Source: Pseudomonadota bacterium (GTDB lineage Bacteria > Pseudomonadota > Gammaproteobacteria > Pseudomonadales > Cellvibrionaceae). Taken from it: a DNA stretch of 33,739 nt. The stretch covers positions 1-33,739 of the forward strand of contig JAEZGT010000316.1 of the NCBI GenBank assembly GCA_023416875.1, read 5' to 3'. Positions within the stretch are counted from its first letter, which is position 1, and the number at the start of each line of letters is the position of its first letter. Position numbers and translations under genes: made by a program. The notes beneath the pieces were generated by a model. That model worked only from the letters and a program-made list of their open reading frames with translations. It ran no database searches and was not told the origin of the DNA. Below, in pieces: positions 8,744-19,939 of the stretch.

Positions 8744-8767
8744 AAAAAGCCGCTTTACGCGGCTTCT
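8744..8767 (-). terminator. Rho-independent terminator after ppiD (possibly bidirectional with murI)
   Basis: AAGCCGC-TTTAC-GCGGCTT stem with an A5 run on the left, which is a U-tract on the minus strand. Confidence 0.75.
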
Positions 8768-8776
8768 TAACATCTT

Positions 8777-10651
8777 TTACTTCGACATATTGATCTTAGC
8801 TTTCTCAATAACGCCAGTTTCAAAAGAATTTAACTCGTTCTGCGCGACCTGAAAACGCAATTGATTCTGCAAACCACTTTTTTGCGCATCAGCAAGATCT
8901 GCGATAGAGCCATCTTCCACTGCGGTCAAGCGAACTACTACAGCTCCTCCTGTCGGCAGGGCTACAGAGTCCAATATCGGTTGATCGCCAGCGGGACGCG
9001 GCAGTGAGAAGACTTTTTGCAGCACCGCCCCACCCACTTCAAACGACGTACGAGCGGCTCGTTCGTGTAGCTTGTACTCCAGTCCCAGCGCTTTTGCCAC
9101 TTCTTCTGCAGACTTACCACCGGCAATTTGCTCGAGGACATCTTGTGCCCGACGCGCAGTTTCCTCGGCTATACGCTTCTCAGTCAGCTGCTCGCGAATC
9201 TGCTCTTTGACATCGGCAAAGGGGATTGGCCTGGAAGGTTGATGCTCAGCTAGACGCAATACATACGCTTTGCCGGCTCCTGTCTCTATCACTTTGCTGT
9301 TGTGTTTCTGTGCCAAAACCTCGTCGCCAAAGGCTTCTTCAACCAATTGTTGATTGCTCATCAAGTCCGCACCACCGCTGCGGGTAAACCAATCAGTGGT
9401 TTTGACTTCGAGACCCAAAGCATCAGCGGCATATTGGAGGGAGTCCGCGCCGAAGGTTTTTTCATCCAATACAGCAACTTTTTTCAGGTAATCTTCTTGC
9501 GCAATATCCCTGGCCAATTGTCGAGCAATCGAGTCTTTGCGCTCCTCGAAACTCGGCGGTTCGACATTTGATTTATCGACCAACTTAATAAAGTGGAATC
9601 CCGCTTCAGTTTTAACAGGTGCGGAAACTTGACCAACTTCCAGCTTTTTAACTTCGGCCACGAATTCTTTCGGATAAGCTTCCTCAATCATCACGCCGAG
9701 ATTGCCACCGGAATCTTTCGACCCCAAATCTGCAGAATGCTGTTTGGCAACTTCGGCAAAGTCGGTGCCACTTGCGAGCTTTGCTTCAACTGCTTTCACA
9801 TCATCTGCCGCAGACGCTTTATCTTCGATAAGAATGTGCGCAACAGTAAATCGCGGGTCAGCTTTGAATGTTGACACTTCATCCTGATAAATCGTGTGAA
9901 CTTCGTCATCGCTAACATTTACAGATTCAGCGAGAGCATCAAGACTCAGCTCAAGGTAGCTCACTTTGGCTTTTTCCGGTTCAACAAATTGAGCGGCATT
10001 AGCTTCGTAATACTGCTCCAAATCCGCATCAGCTACCGGGGTTTCCGCTGTATCCGCTCGCGGTACGTCAATGGTCGCAAATGTACGTTTTTGCTGCGTA
10101 ATTGCGGCAAGCAATTCGATTTCCTGCTGCGTGACAAAAGTGGTGTCGGACACGCCTGAATTCATGTGTCCAAGCACGAAATCTTTCTCGGATGCACGCA
10201 GGAACGTGGCGGGCGTGTACAAATAGGAAATACGCTCTTTAAAAAGATCGTTATTAAATTTGCCGTCTACTTGGAAAGCTTCGATCGCTGCAATCTGCTT
10301 CCAAACCTCTGCCCTGGAAGCTCCCATACCACCATCAACCGCAGCCTGGTACAAAGCTTCGCGCTGAACCATGCGCTGCAATACCGGACCGCTTAAAGCG
10401 CTATCTTCCAATTGAGGACTGTTTGGGGGCAATTCAAACTGCTGCTGCAACCGCTGTTTCTCTATGGTGAGCTCCCTCATAAAGTCGGTTCGCGACACTC
10501 CTTCACCATTCACTGTCGCTATATCGGACCCGCCTACCGAGCCGACAAACAACTGTTCTACTCCGAATAAAATCAGAGGGATGATGAAAATGGCAAGAAC
10601 AAATACCGCAACTGTTCCTTTTAAATTGTCACGCACGCTTTGCAGCATCAT
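8777..10651 (-). CDS. ppiD: Periplasmic chaperone / parvulin-type PPIase D
   Basis: N-terminal TM anchor, SurA-like domain, parvulin motifs AHILI...FAEVAKQHSAD...GGNLG...GFHFIK; conserved position after hupB. Confidence 0.92.
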   Translation of the reverse strand: MMLQSVRDNLKGTVAVFVLAIFIIPLILFGVEQLFVGSVGGSDIATVNGEGVSRTDFMRELTIEKQRLQQQFELPPNSPQLEDSALSGPVLQRMVQREALYQAAVDGGMGASRAEVWKQIAAIEAFQVDGKFNNDLFKERISYLYTPATFLRASEKDFVLGHMNSGVSDTTFVTQQEIELLAAITQQKRTFATIDVPRADTAETPVADADLEQYYEANAAQFVEPEKAKVSYLELSLDALAESVNVSDDEVHTIYQDEVSTFKADPRFTVAHILIEDKASAADDVKAVEAKLASGTDFAEVAKQHSADLGSKDSGGNLGVMIEEAYPKEFVAEVKKLEVGQVSAPVKTEAGFHFIKLVDKSNVEPPSFEERKDSIARQLARDIAQEDYLKKVAVLDEKTFGADSLQYAADALGLEVKTTDWFTRSGGADLMSNQQLVEEAFGDEVLAQKHNSKVIETGAGKAYVLRLAEHQPSRPIPFADVKEQIREQLTEKRIAEETARRAQDVLEQIAGGKSAEEVAKALGLEYKLHERAARTSFEVGGAVLQKVFSLPRPAGDQPILDSVALPTGGAVVVRLTAVEDGSIADLADAQKSGLQNQLRFQVAQNELNSFETGVIEKAKINMSK

Positions 10652-10674
10652 GCACCTCAGGGATGTATAGCAAT

Positions 10675-10707
10675 ATAAAAAAGGCGCATTCTCTGCGCCT
10701 TTTTTAT
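10675..10707 (-). terminator. Rho-independent terminator after hupB
   Basis: Perfect 14-bp inverted repeat ATAAAAAAGGCGCA-TTCTC-TGCGCCTTTTTTAT. Confidence 0.88.
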
Positions 10708-10760
10708 GATTAAGATATTTTTCCGATTCTTAAGGCAGAGTATTTACTCAATCCCGCCAA

Positions 10761-11036
10761 TTAAGCGTTTACCGCATCTTTCAAAGCCTTGCCAGCTTTG
10801 AATGAGGGAATTTTAGCCGCAGATATTTCAATCGGGTCTCCAGTCTGTGGGTTGCGGCCAGTACGAGCAGCACGCTCTTTGACCACAAATGTTCCAAACC
10901 CAACCAGGGCGACCTGGTCATTGTTTTTGAGTGCCTGAGTTATAGATTCAGTCACCGCGTCCAAGGCTCGGCCAGCCGCTGCTTTCGAAATATCCGCTGA
11001 AGCGGCGATGGCATCGATCAACTCAGATTTATTCAC
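10761..11036 (-). CDS. hupB: DNA-binding protein HU beta
   Basis: GTG start at 11036 after [18 protein letters not shown]...LVGFGTF...RTGRNPQTG...[14 protein letters not shown]. Confidence 0.97.
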   Translation of the reverse strand: MNKSELIDAIAASADISKAAAGRALDAVTESITQALKNNDQVALVGFGTFVVKERAARTGRNPQTGDPIEISAAKIPSFKAGKALKDAVNA

Positions 11037-11284
11037 GTTCAACCCCTCTTATTATTCGAAAATGATAATTATCAAAAACACCAAGGACACTCGCTGTCGA
11101 AGGCACTCACTCGATCGACGGCCCAGGTATTCTGGCAATGTTCGACGGACTGCGATTTATACCAACTGCCGTTTTGGCGGTCAAGGACGCCGTCAGATTT
11201 TAATGAACTTTAACGAAAGCTGGGCGCCAAGGCGCCCCGTTACTCATTATCACTGTGGATTTTGTGCATTTTTGCATCTACGGC

Positions 11285-13699
11285 TTAGTGCGTACTCATG
11301 CGGCTCTCATCCTTGGAATGGTCGAACGCCTTTGCTTCCAACGCTCGATACTCTTCGTCCGTGAACGGAGTTGGCATTTGCTGAAGCGCAATACCAAAAA
11401 CCTCATCTATCCATTTCACCGGCTTAATCTGCAAATCAGCTTTAATGTTGTTAGGAATCTCACGCAAATCGGCTTCATTATCTTTGGGAATAATCACCGT
11501 TTTGATACCCCCCCTATGCGCCGCCAAAAGCTTTTCCTTAAGCCCCCCGATTTTCAGCACCTCACCGCGCAATGTGATCTCACCTGTCATCGCAACATCT
11601 GCGCGCACCGGAATATTGCAGTACACCGACACAAGAGCTGTACACATCGCTATTCCCGCGCTGGGTCCATCTTTGGGGGTTGCGCCTTCCGGCACGTGAA
11701 TGTGGAGATCATGTTTTTCACTGAAATCAGGCGCGATCCCAAGTATTTGAGACCGAGATCGAACCACCGTGATCGCAGCCTGTATTGACTCCTGCATGAC
11801 ATCACCCAGCGACCCGGTTTTCACCAAGCGCCCTTTACCTTTCACTGCTGAGGCTTCGATTGTCAGCAATTCTCCCCCAACCTGGGTCCAAGCCAGTCCG
11901 GTGACCTGGCCAACCTGATTTTTTTCCTCGGCGCGACCAAAATCCGTCTTTCTGACACCCAGATAATCTTCCAGTAAGTTTGGCTCTATGATCTGTCGAG
12001 AATGACCATTTGCCTTAACGTTCTGCGTCACCACTTTTCGGCAAATTTTCGCGACTTCTCGATCAAGACCGCGAACACCGGCTTCTCTAGTGTAATAACG
12101 AACTATATCGCGGATAGCAGCTTCAGTAATTTGTAATTCATTTTCTTTAAGCCCATTATTTCTCATTTGCTTCGGAATTAAATAACGCGAAGCAATATTG
12201 ACCTTTTCATCTTCCGTATACCCAGGAATGCGAATAACTTCCATACGATCCAAAAGTGGACCGGGAATATTCATAGTGTTAGACGTACAAATAAACATCA
12301 CATCGGACAAGTCATAATCAACTTCTAGATAATGATCATTGAAATGTGAGTTTTGTTCGGGATCTAGCACCTCAAGAAGTGCGGAGGCGGGATCACCGCG
12401 GTGGTCCATGCCCATCTTGTCGACTTCATCCAATAAAAACAGCGGATTCTTTACGCCCACTTTCGACATTTTTTGTATTAATTTGCCGGGTAACGAGCCG
12501 ATATAGGTGCGGCGGTGCCCACGTATTTCAGCCTCGTCTCTAACCCCGCCGAGAGCCATGCGAACAAATTTACGATTAGTTGCTCGCGCAATTGATTCGC
12601 CGAGCGATGTTTTACCTACACCAGGAGGGCCAACCAAACAGAGCACGGGACCTTTGATTTTTTTAACGCGTTTTTGGACGGCCAGATATTCCAAAATCCG
12701 CTCTTTTACCTCTTCCAGGCCGTAGTGATCCGCCTCAAGAATTTGTTCGGCCATAGCCAGGTCGTGACGAACTTTACTGCGCTTGGTCCATGGGACATTC
12801 ACCATCCAGTCAATGTAAGAGCGCACCACAGACGCTTCCGCTGACATAGGAGACATCATTTTTAATTTGTTGAGCTCCGCTCGGGTTTTTGCCTCAGCCT
12901 CTTTTGGCATGCCCGCATTACTGATTTTTCGTTCCAGCTCTTCAGCCTCATTAGGTTCATCACCCAATTCTCCAAGCTCTCGCTGAATCGCTTTCATTTG
13001 CTCATTTAAATAGTATTCCCGCTGGCTTTTCTCCATTTGTTTTTTAACACGGCCGCGGATGCGTTTTTCGACTTGAAATAAATCCGCTTCCGCTTCCATC
13101 AACCCAACCAGATGTTCAACTCTCTCGGAAACATCATAAATCTCCAATATCTGTTGTTTCTGCGACAAATCGAGAGACATGTGTGCAGCAACGGTATCTG
13201 CCAGCCGACCAGGTTCATCGATTCCAGAAATTGAAGTTAATACTTCCGACGGCACTTTTTTGCTGAGGTTTACGTATTGCTCAAAACCATTGAGCAAAGT
13301 TTTGGCAAGAGCCTCTCCTTCACGTGTAGACAGCTCAGGGCTGTCAATGGACTGTACATCCGCCTGAAAAAATGCATCGCCATCGATATTCTGAATTGCC
13401 GCACGCTCTTTTCCTTCAACTAAAACTTTTACGGTCCCATCCGGTAATTTAAGGATCTGCAAAATCTGTGAAATGGTACCCACGCCGTATAGATCATCAA
13501 CATTCGGGTCGTCAACTGAAGGCGTTTTTTGCGCTACAAGCAGAACTTGCTTGTCGTCCGCCATTGCCTTTTCCAAGGCGGCGATGGATTTGCTCCGGCC
13601 GACGAAAAGAGGAATAACCATATGTGGATATACCACCACATCTCGCAGTGGAAGAAGGGGTAATGTCATCATTTCATAATCTGGTTCTTTGTTGCTCAT
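11285..13699 (-). CDS. lon: ATP-dependent Lon protease
   Basis: LPLRDVVVYP, Walker A GPPGVGKTS, LLDEVDK, catalytic PKDGPSAG and KIGGLKEK. Confidence 0.98.
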   Translation of the reverse strand: MSNKEPDYEMMTLPLLPLRDVVVYPHMVIPLFVGRSKSIAALEKAMADDKQVLLVAQKTPSVDDPNVDDLYGVGTISQILQILKLPDGTVKVLVEGKERAAIQNIDGDAFFQADVQSIDSPELSTREGEALAKTLLNGFEQYVNLSKKVPSEVLTSISGIDEPGRLADTVAAHMSLDLSQKQQILEIYDVSERVEHLVGLMEAEADLFQVEKRIRGRVKKQMEKSQREYYLNEQMKAIQRELGELGDEPNEAEELERKISNAGMPKEAEAKTRAELNKLKMMSPMSAEASVVRSYIDWMVNVPWTKRSKVRHDLAMAEQILEADHYGLEEVKERILEYLAVQKRVKKIKGPVLCLVGPPGVGKTSLGESIARATNRKFVRMALGGVRDEAEIRGHRRTYIGSLPGKLIQKMSKVGVKNPLFLLDEVDKMGMDHRGDPASALLEVLDPEQNSHFNDHYLEVDYDLSDVMFICTSNTMNIPGPLLDRMEVIRIPGYTEDEKVNIASRYLIPKQMRNNGLKENELQITEAAIRDIVRYYTREAGVRGLDREVAKICRKVVTQNVKANGHSRQIIEPNLLEDYLGVRKTDFGRAEEKNQVGQVTGLAWTQVGGELLTIEASAVKGKGRLVKTGSLGDVMQESIQAAITVVRSRSQILGIAPDFSEKHDLHIHVPEGATPKDGPSAGIAMCTALVSVYCNIPVRADVAMTGEITLRGEVLKIGGLKEKLLAAHRGGIKTVIIPKDNEADLREIPNNIKADLQIKPVKWIDEVFGIALQQMPTPFTDEEYRALEAKAFDHSKDESRMSTH

Positions 13700-13750
13700 A
13701 TAACCCTCTTAGTCTGCTTCGAGATGTTTTTTGCGTTGCGAACAGCCGAA

Positions 13751-13778
13751 ATTTTGGGGCGCAACGATGAAATGCAAG
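13751..13778 (-). promoter_or_regulatory. Sigma32 (RpoH)-type promoter of lon
   Basis: The minus strand reads CTTGCA-N13-CCCCAAAAT, against the consensus CTTGAA-N13/14-CCCCATNT. Confidence 0.7.
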
Positions 13779-13789
13779 CAGCAAAACGC

Positions 13790-13813
13790 AAAAAGGGCCC
13801 TAATGAGCCCTTT
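13790..13813 (-). terminator. Rho-independent terminator after clpX
   Basis: Minus-strand RNA AAAGGGCUC-AUUA-GGGCCCUUUUU, with one G-U pair. Confidence 0.8.
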
Positions 13814-13848
13814 CCTGGAAACGACCTGAAATTTTGATTGATAAACCG

Positions 13849-15135
13849 TCAGTCATCGGGGATAGCTTTTTGTGTATTTTGTTTCTCATACACCACGAGT
13901 GGTGGCGATTCCCCGCGTATCACCGATGCATCGACAACTACCTTTGCAACGTTCCGCTCTGATGGTAGACGGAACATAGTGTCCAGTAATACGGATTCCA
14001 TTATAGAGCGTAGACCACGGGCGCCGGTTTTTCTTTCCATAGCCTTGGTTGCAACCGCATCAAGTGCATCGTCACGAAAATCGATTTCCACACCTTCCAT
14101 TTCGAATAGCTTGCGGTACTGCTTGACCAATGAATTCTTGGGCTCGGTCAAAATTGCCATGAGCGCTTGTTTGTCGAGCTCTTCAAGCGTAGCAATTACG
14201 GGTAATCGGCCGACAAACTCTGGGATGAGTCCGTATTTAATAAGGTCTTCAGTTTCTAGGCCTTTTAATGTCTGCCCAACGTTTTTGCTGTTTTTGCTCT
14301 TTACTTCGGCTCCGAATCCAATACCACCTTTTTCAGAGCGGTCGCGGATAATCCGGTCCAGACCGGCGAATGCGCCACCACAGATGAACAAGATATTTGA
14401 GGTGTCGACTTGCAGAAATTCCTGCTGTGGATGCTTTCGTCCACCTTGAGGTGGCACTGAAGCCACAGTACCCTCAATAAGCTTCAATAGAGCTTGTTGA
14501 ACGCCTTCGCCCGATACGTCCCGAGTTATCGAGGGATTATCTGACTTGCGCGAGATCTTATCAATTTCATCAATGTATACAATGCCTTGTTGCGCTTTCT
14601 CGACATCGTAATCACATTTCTGCAGCAATTTCTGAATGATGTTTTCTACGTCTTCACCAACATAACCAGCCTCGGTGAGCGTCGTCGCATCAGCGATGGT
14701 AAACGGAACATTAAGAAGCCGCGCCAGAGTCTCCGCTAAAAGCGTCTTACCACTTCCGGTGGGGCCAACAAGCAGGATATTGCTCTTGCCCAGCTCTACT
14801 TCGTCTTTCGCCTTTTTCTTGCTTCCCACACGAAGGCGCTTGTAATGGTTATAAACGGCGACCGCCAACACTTTCTTGGCATCCACCTGGCCTATCACAT
14901 ATTCGTCAAGGGTGGCCGCAATGTCCTTAGGTGTAGGGAGCTTTTCACCGCCGCCTTCTTGGGCACTCTCCTGAATTTCCTCGCGAATGATGTCGTTGCA
15001 CAAATCGACACATTCATCACAAATGAACACAGAAGGACCGGCGATCAACTTTCTTACTTCATGCTGACTCTTGCCACAGAAAGAGCAGTAAAGCAGCTTG
15101 CCGTTATCGTCACTATCGTTTGTGTGGTCGGTCAT
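13849..15135 (-). CDS. clpX: ATP-dependent Clp protease ATP-binding subunit
   Basis: Zinc finger CSFCGK...[23 protein letters not shown] loop, IGF loop. ATG 15135 follows GGAGAGG. Confidence 0.98.
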   Translation of the reverse strand: MTDHTNDSDDNGKLLYCSFCGKSQHEVRKLIAGPSVFICDECVDLCNDIIREEIQESAQEGGGEKLPTPKDIAATLDEYVIGQVDAKKVLAVAVYNHYKRLRVGSKKKAKDEVELGKSNILLVGPTGSGKTLLAETLARLLNVPFTIADATTLTEAGYVGEDVENIIQKLLQKCDYDVEKAQQGIVYIDEIDKISRKSDNPSITRDVSGEGVQQALLKLIEGTVASVPPQGGRKHPQQEFLQVDTSNILFICGGAFAGLDRIIRDRSEKGGIGFGAEVKSKNSKNVGQTLKGLETEDLIKYGLIPEFVGRLPVIATLEELDKQALMAILTEPKNSLVKQYRKLFEMEGVEIDFRDDALDAVATKAMERKTGARGLRSIMESVLLDTMFRLPSERNVAKVVVDASVIRGESPPLVVYEKQNTQKAIPDD

Positions 15136-15303
15136 CAAACCTCTCCGCCAGTTTGCTTGCTGTCAATTAAACCATAGTTTTGTTGGAGGGAGGCATATAG
15201 ACCACGCTTAGACCGATTTTCTATAGACAAAATTCGGTTTATTTAAGTTCCGCCGGTCTAATGCCTCTCAACCGCTATCAGTAAGGACGCGGAGATATCA
15301 ATT

Positions 15304-15945
15304 TCAGCTTTCTGAAAGAACGCGCTTAGTCAAAACTTCATCTATAAGACCGTAGTTTTTCGACTCCTGAGCACTCATGAAATTGTCTCTTTCAGTATCT
15401 CGGGCAATCTCTTCTACGCTTCGTCCCGTATGGTGCGCCATCAGTTGGTTCAGCCGCTCACGAATCTTTAAGATTTCCTGCGCATGAATATGAATATCGC
15501 TCGCCTGTCCCTGCGCCCCGCCCGAGGGCTGATGAATCATGGTACGCGCATTTGGTAAACAGTATCGCTTCCCTTTGGCTCCCGCTGTTAGTAGGAAGGC
15601 ACCCATACTACAGGCTTGCCCTATACACATGGTGCTAACGTCTGGTTTTATAAACTGCATAGTGTCATAGATCGACATACCTGCAGTAACAGATCCACCG
15701 GGCGAATTGATGTAGAGATGAATATCTTTATCTGGGTTCTCTGCTTCTAGAAACAATAACTGGGCCACCACGAGATTAGCCATGTAATCTTCCACCGGAC
15801 CAACCAGAAAAATCACCCGCTCCTTTAACAATCGGGAATAAATATCATACGACCGCTCACCTCGAGCAGTCTGTTCAACCACAATTGGCACCAAAGCACT
15901 GGAGGGGGATGACACCAGGGAACCAAAAGTATCAAATTTGGGCAT
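15304..15945 (-). CDS. clpP: ATP-dependent Clp protease proteolytic subunit
   Basis: [25 protein letters not shown] (catalytic Ser), MIHQP, ERDNFM. Confidence 0.98.
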   Translation of the reverse strand: MPKFDTFGSLVSSPSSALVPIVVEQTARGERSYDIYSRLLKERVIFLVGPVEDYMANLVVAQLLFLEAENPDKDIHLYINSPGGSVTAGMSIYDTMQFIKPDVSTMCIGQACSMGAFLLTAGAKGKRYCLPNARTMIHQPSGGAQGQASDIHIHAQEILKIRERLNQLMAHHTGRSVEEIARDTERDNFMSAQESKNYGLIDEVLTKRVLSES

Positions 15946-16070
15946 ACGTACTTTTCCTTGAAAGTGGATTACTGGCCAGAATAGTGATTCGTTATAAGAA
16001 CTTAAGGAAGAAGATCAGCTTACGAAGAAGCTTAACCCTTGTAGGGGAGATATGCCAGTTTAGGAGGCAG

Positions 16071-16095
16071 AACTCCGCTGATTTCCAGCGGAGTT
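16071..16095 (-). terminator. Stem-loop downstream of tig (terminator or stabilising hairpin)
   Basis: Perfect 10-bp inverted repeat AACTCCGCTG-ATTTC-CAGCGGAGTT; the U-tract is weak. Confidence 0.55.
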
Positions 16096-16121
16096 AGACA
16101 TTTTAAAAACAATTCGTTTAA

Positions 16122-17447
16122 TTATTGGCCTTCAGCATCATTGCTATCGGGTTTTACCAGTTCCTGATAGGAAACTTTCTTCGCGGAAACAGATGCTTTG
16201 CTGACCAAATAATCGACAACTTGATCTTCCAACACAGCGGCTCGAGCCCCGGACAGCAGCTCATTGTTGCTGTAATAGTAATTTATGACGCTCTCGGGGT
16301 CCTCGTAAGTTGAAGCAATACTTTCAACAAGTTTTCTGACACGATCATTGTCAATAGTAATTTTTTGCTGACTTACAATTTCCGAAATCAACAAACCCAG
16401 AGCCGTGCGGCGCTCGGCTTGTTTGCGGAACAAATCGTCAGGTAAAAGTGAGCGTACATCCAAGCGGGCGCTCAATTGGCCGTACTGCTGCATTGCTTGC
16501 TGGCGCAGCACATCAATTTCATTTTGCACCAGCGCTTTAGGTGTCTCGATTTGGTTGGCGTCCAGCAAGGCATCCAATACTTGGATTTTCACCTTGTTCT
16601 TAATCATTCGCTCTTTTTCACGCTCCATGTTTTCACGTACGTCTGCGCGGAATTTGTCCAGGCCACCTTCGTTAATACCAAAAGAAGCAAAGAAGCTGTC
16701 ATTCAGTTCAGGTAGTTGCTGCTCAGATACAGTGTTAAGCGTGATAGTGAACTCAACAGCCGCCCCTTTTAAAGACTCCACTTGGTAATCTTCCGGGAAA
16801 GTCAGCGGCAGAACTTTTGTCTCTCCCGCTTTCATGCCCACGATTCCGTCTTCGAAACCTGGAATCATGCTGCCACTACCTAGCTGTAGCGTGTAACCCG
16901 TCGCAGTGCCGCCATCGAACTCTTCACCATCCCGCTTACCGACGAAGTCTAAATTGACGCGATCGCCATTTTGCGCAGCGCGCTCGATCACACCCCATCC
17001 GGCCTGACTTTTGCGGAGGGTTTCGATCATCTCGTCAATATCGTGGTCAGAAATATCTGCTTCGAATTGAGTGATCTCGGCGCCGTCGATTTCCTTCAGA
17101 GTGATTTCTGGAAATACTTCAAACGTCGCGACGTACTCTAAATCTTTTCCTTCTTCGAATTGTTTCGGCTCAATGCGAGGCTGACCAGCTGGCTTAATAT
17201 CTTTTTGACGGACCGCTTCTTGGAATGAGCGATTAATGGTGTCACCCAGTACTTCTTGGCGAACTCCTGTTCCAAATTTTTGCCGTACTACTTTAAAAGG
17301 GACCTTACCTTTGCGAAAGCCGTTGAGGCGAACCGACCTGGCCGCTTCTTGCAGCCGCTTGTTCACTTCACTGTCAATAACGTCAGCCGGTACACCAACA
17401 GTCAGGCGTCGCTCTAAACCTGATGTTGTTTCAATCGAAACTTGCAT
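16122..17447 (-). CDS. tig: Trigger factor
   Basis: MQVSIETTSGLERRL, signature GFRKGKVP, FKBP-like MIPGFEDG...TFPEDY. ATG 17447 follows GAGG. Confidence 0.97.
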   Translation of the reverse strand: MQVSIETTSGLERRLTVGVPADVIDSEVNKRLQEAARSVRLNGFRKGKVPFKVVRQKFGTGVRQEVLGDTINRSFQEAVRQKDIKPAGQPRIEPKQFEEGKDLEYVATFEVFPEITLKEIDGAEITQFEADISDHDIDEMIETLRKSQAGWGVIERAAQNGDRVNLDFVGKRDGEEFDGGTATGYTLQLGSGSMIPGFEDGIVGMKAGETKVLPLTFPEDYQVESLKGAAVEFTITLNTVSEQQLPELNDSFFASFGINEGGLDKFRADVRENMEREKERMIKNKVKIQVLDALLDANQIETPKALVQNEIDVLRQQAMQQYGQLSARLDVRSLLPDDLFRKQAERRTALGLLISEIVSQQKITIDNDRVRKLVESIASTYEDPESVINYYYSNNELLSGARAAVLEDQVVDYLVSKASVSAKKVSYQELVKPDSNDAEGQ

Positions 17448-17503
17448 TCTTCGCCTCATCTATATCAGTAAGGAGTATTGCGGCGACATTACGCCGACAT
17501 ATG

Positions 17504-17587
<84 letters not shown>

Positions 17588-17682
17588 TTTAGTTAAAGTA
17601 AATCGAGAGAAAACCAAGATAAATTATTGATTACGTAGTAAAAACTATTATCTTGATATCGCGACTCATTTGAGGGGTGGCA

Positions 17683-17711
17683 ATTGTGCCACAGCCGTCA
17701 GATTCAGGGAA
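17683..17711 (-). promoter_or_regulatory. Putative sigma70 promoter for tRNA-Leu/tig
   Basis: Minus strand TTCCCT-N17-CACAAT, followed by a GC-rich discriminator (TGCCACCCC). Confidence 0.35.
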
Positions 17712-17732
17712 GTCCCGCTAAGAATCCTGTAA

Positions 17733-18659
17733 TCAGAGGTTTGAAGACAGTGTTAACGCGGTGTCCACTCGCTGGACCCGAAACCCTTTGCTGCGTAACA
17801 GCGCAACTATTCCTTCGTCCCCAACCATATGGCCTATACCCACTACCAAAAAAGTCTTCTCCTTATCCTTCAGATAGGTTTCCACCGCCATGGCCATCTT
17901 CTGGTTGCGCTGAGTGAACATGCGCTCAAACAACAGCTTGGTATCCGCCTGCTCACGAAATGGATCTATCAGTGTTTTAGTCAAAGTGTTGATATCACCA
18001 CTTAACCATGCGTCCGCCATCGATAAAAGGTAGCTCTGGCTGTTGCGCAAATCCGCGAGCGTCTGGCGAAGAAAGCGCTCCTGATGCTCAAAAGAAAACT
18101 GACTGAACAGGCCAAGCTGGGAATCGAAAGTTTCAAGTTCTTCGATCGGCTTTTTTTGGCTTACGGCGCGCCGAAGAAAATAAAGATCAACGCCGAGCTG
18201 TTGCTGCAAGGGAGTTTTGCGGATTTCTGCTTCAACCAACATCAGCGTCACGTACCAAGGCTGAAAGCGCTGAAATGCGGATAGAGGAACCTGATTCCCT
18301 TCCGCCCGCTCCCTCAATGCATCGTATGTGTCAGCAGATATCACATCCTTGAGACTAGAGCCCGGAGGCAACCCTGCATGCTTAAAGATGATTTGAGATG
18401 CGTCCACTTGCAACCCCAGAAGATTCACCTCCACCACCAGCCGCGACGACTTGCAAAAGGCTTCTTCGATAACCGGCGGTAGAGGATAAAAATCATCCCG
18501 ACCGAAATGCATTGAGCCCATTAAATAAACGACGGCGTCGCCCTTACTAACCTCCCAAAATGCAGGCGAACTGCGGTTCGCCGCGTGAGATGAAAACCCC
18601 AGAAGGAGGATGAGGAGGAGCAAATATCGGTGGCGGTCAATGATCGAATGGCAAGACAT
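17733..18659 (-). CDS. TraB/GumN (Tiki-like) family exported protein
   Basis: Signal peptide, FWEV...YLMGSMH, LVVEV, QPW, GVD, LET..SQL, RNQKM, VVGIGH. Confidence 0.88.
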   Translation of the reverse strand: MSCHSIIDRHRYLLLLILLLGFSSHAANRSSPAFWEVSKGDAVVYLMGSMHFGRDDFYPLPPVIEEAFCKSSRLVVEVNLLGLQVDASQIIFKHAGLPPGSSLKDVISADTYDALRERAEGNQVPLSAFQRFQPWYVTLMLVEAEIRKTPLQQQLGVDLYFLRRAVSQKKPIEELETFDSQLGLFSQFSFEHQERFLRQTLADLRNSQSYLLSMADAWLSGDINTLTKTLIDPFREQADTKLLFERMFTQRNQKMAMAVETYLKDKEKTFLVVGIGHMVGDEGIVALLRSKGFRVQRVDTALTLSSNL

Positions 18660-18745
18660 GAAACATCTTCGAATGAATTAAGCGCCGATAATAGTGGATA
18701 TTGGGGCTGGAGTCGCCCCAAGGGTGGCAAACGACCGCCAATGTC

Positions 18746-19939
<1,194 letters not shown>

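Noticed and set aside
11222..11237. GGGCGCC-AA-GGCGCCC palindrome between lon and hupB
   Set aside because: Two-base loop, no U-tract and a single copy; function cannot be supported.
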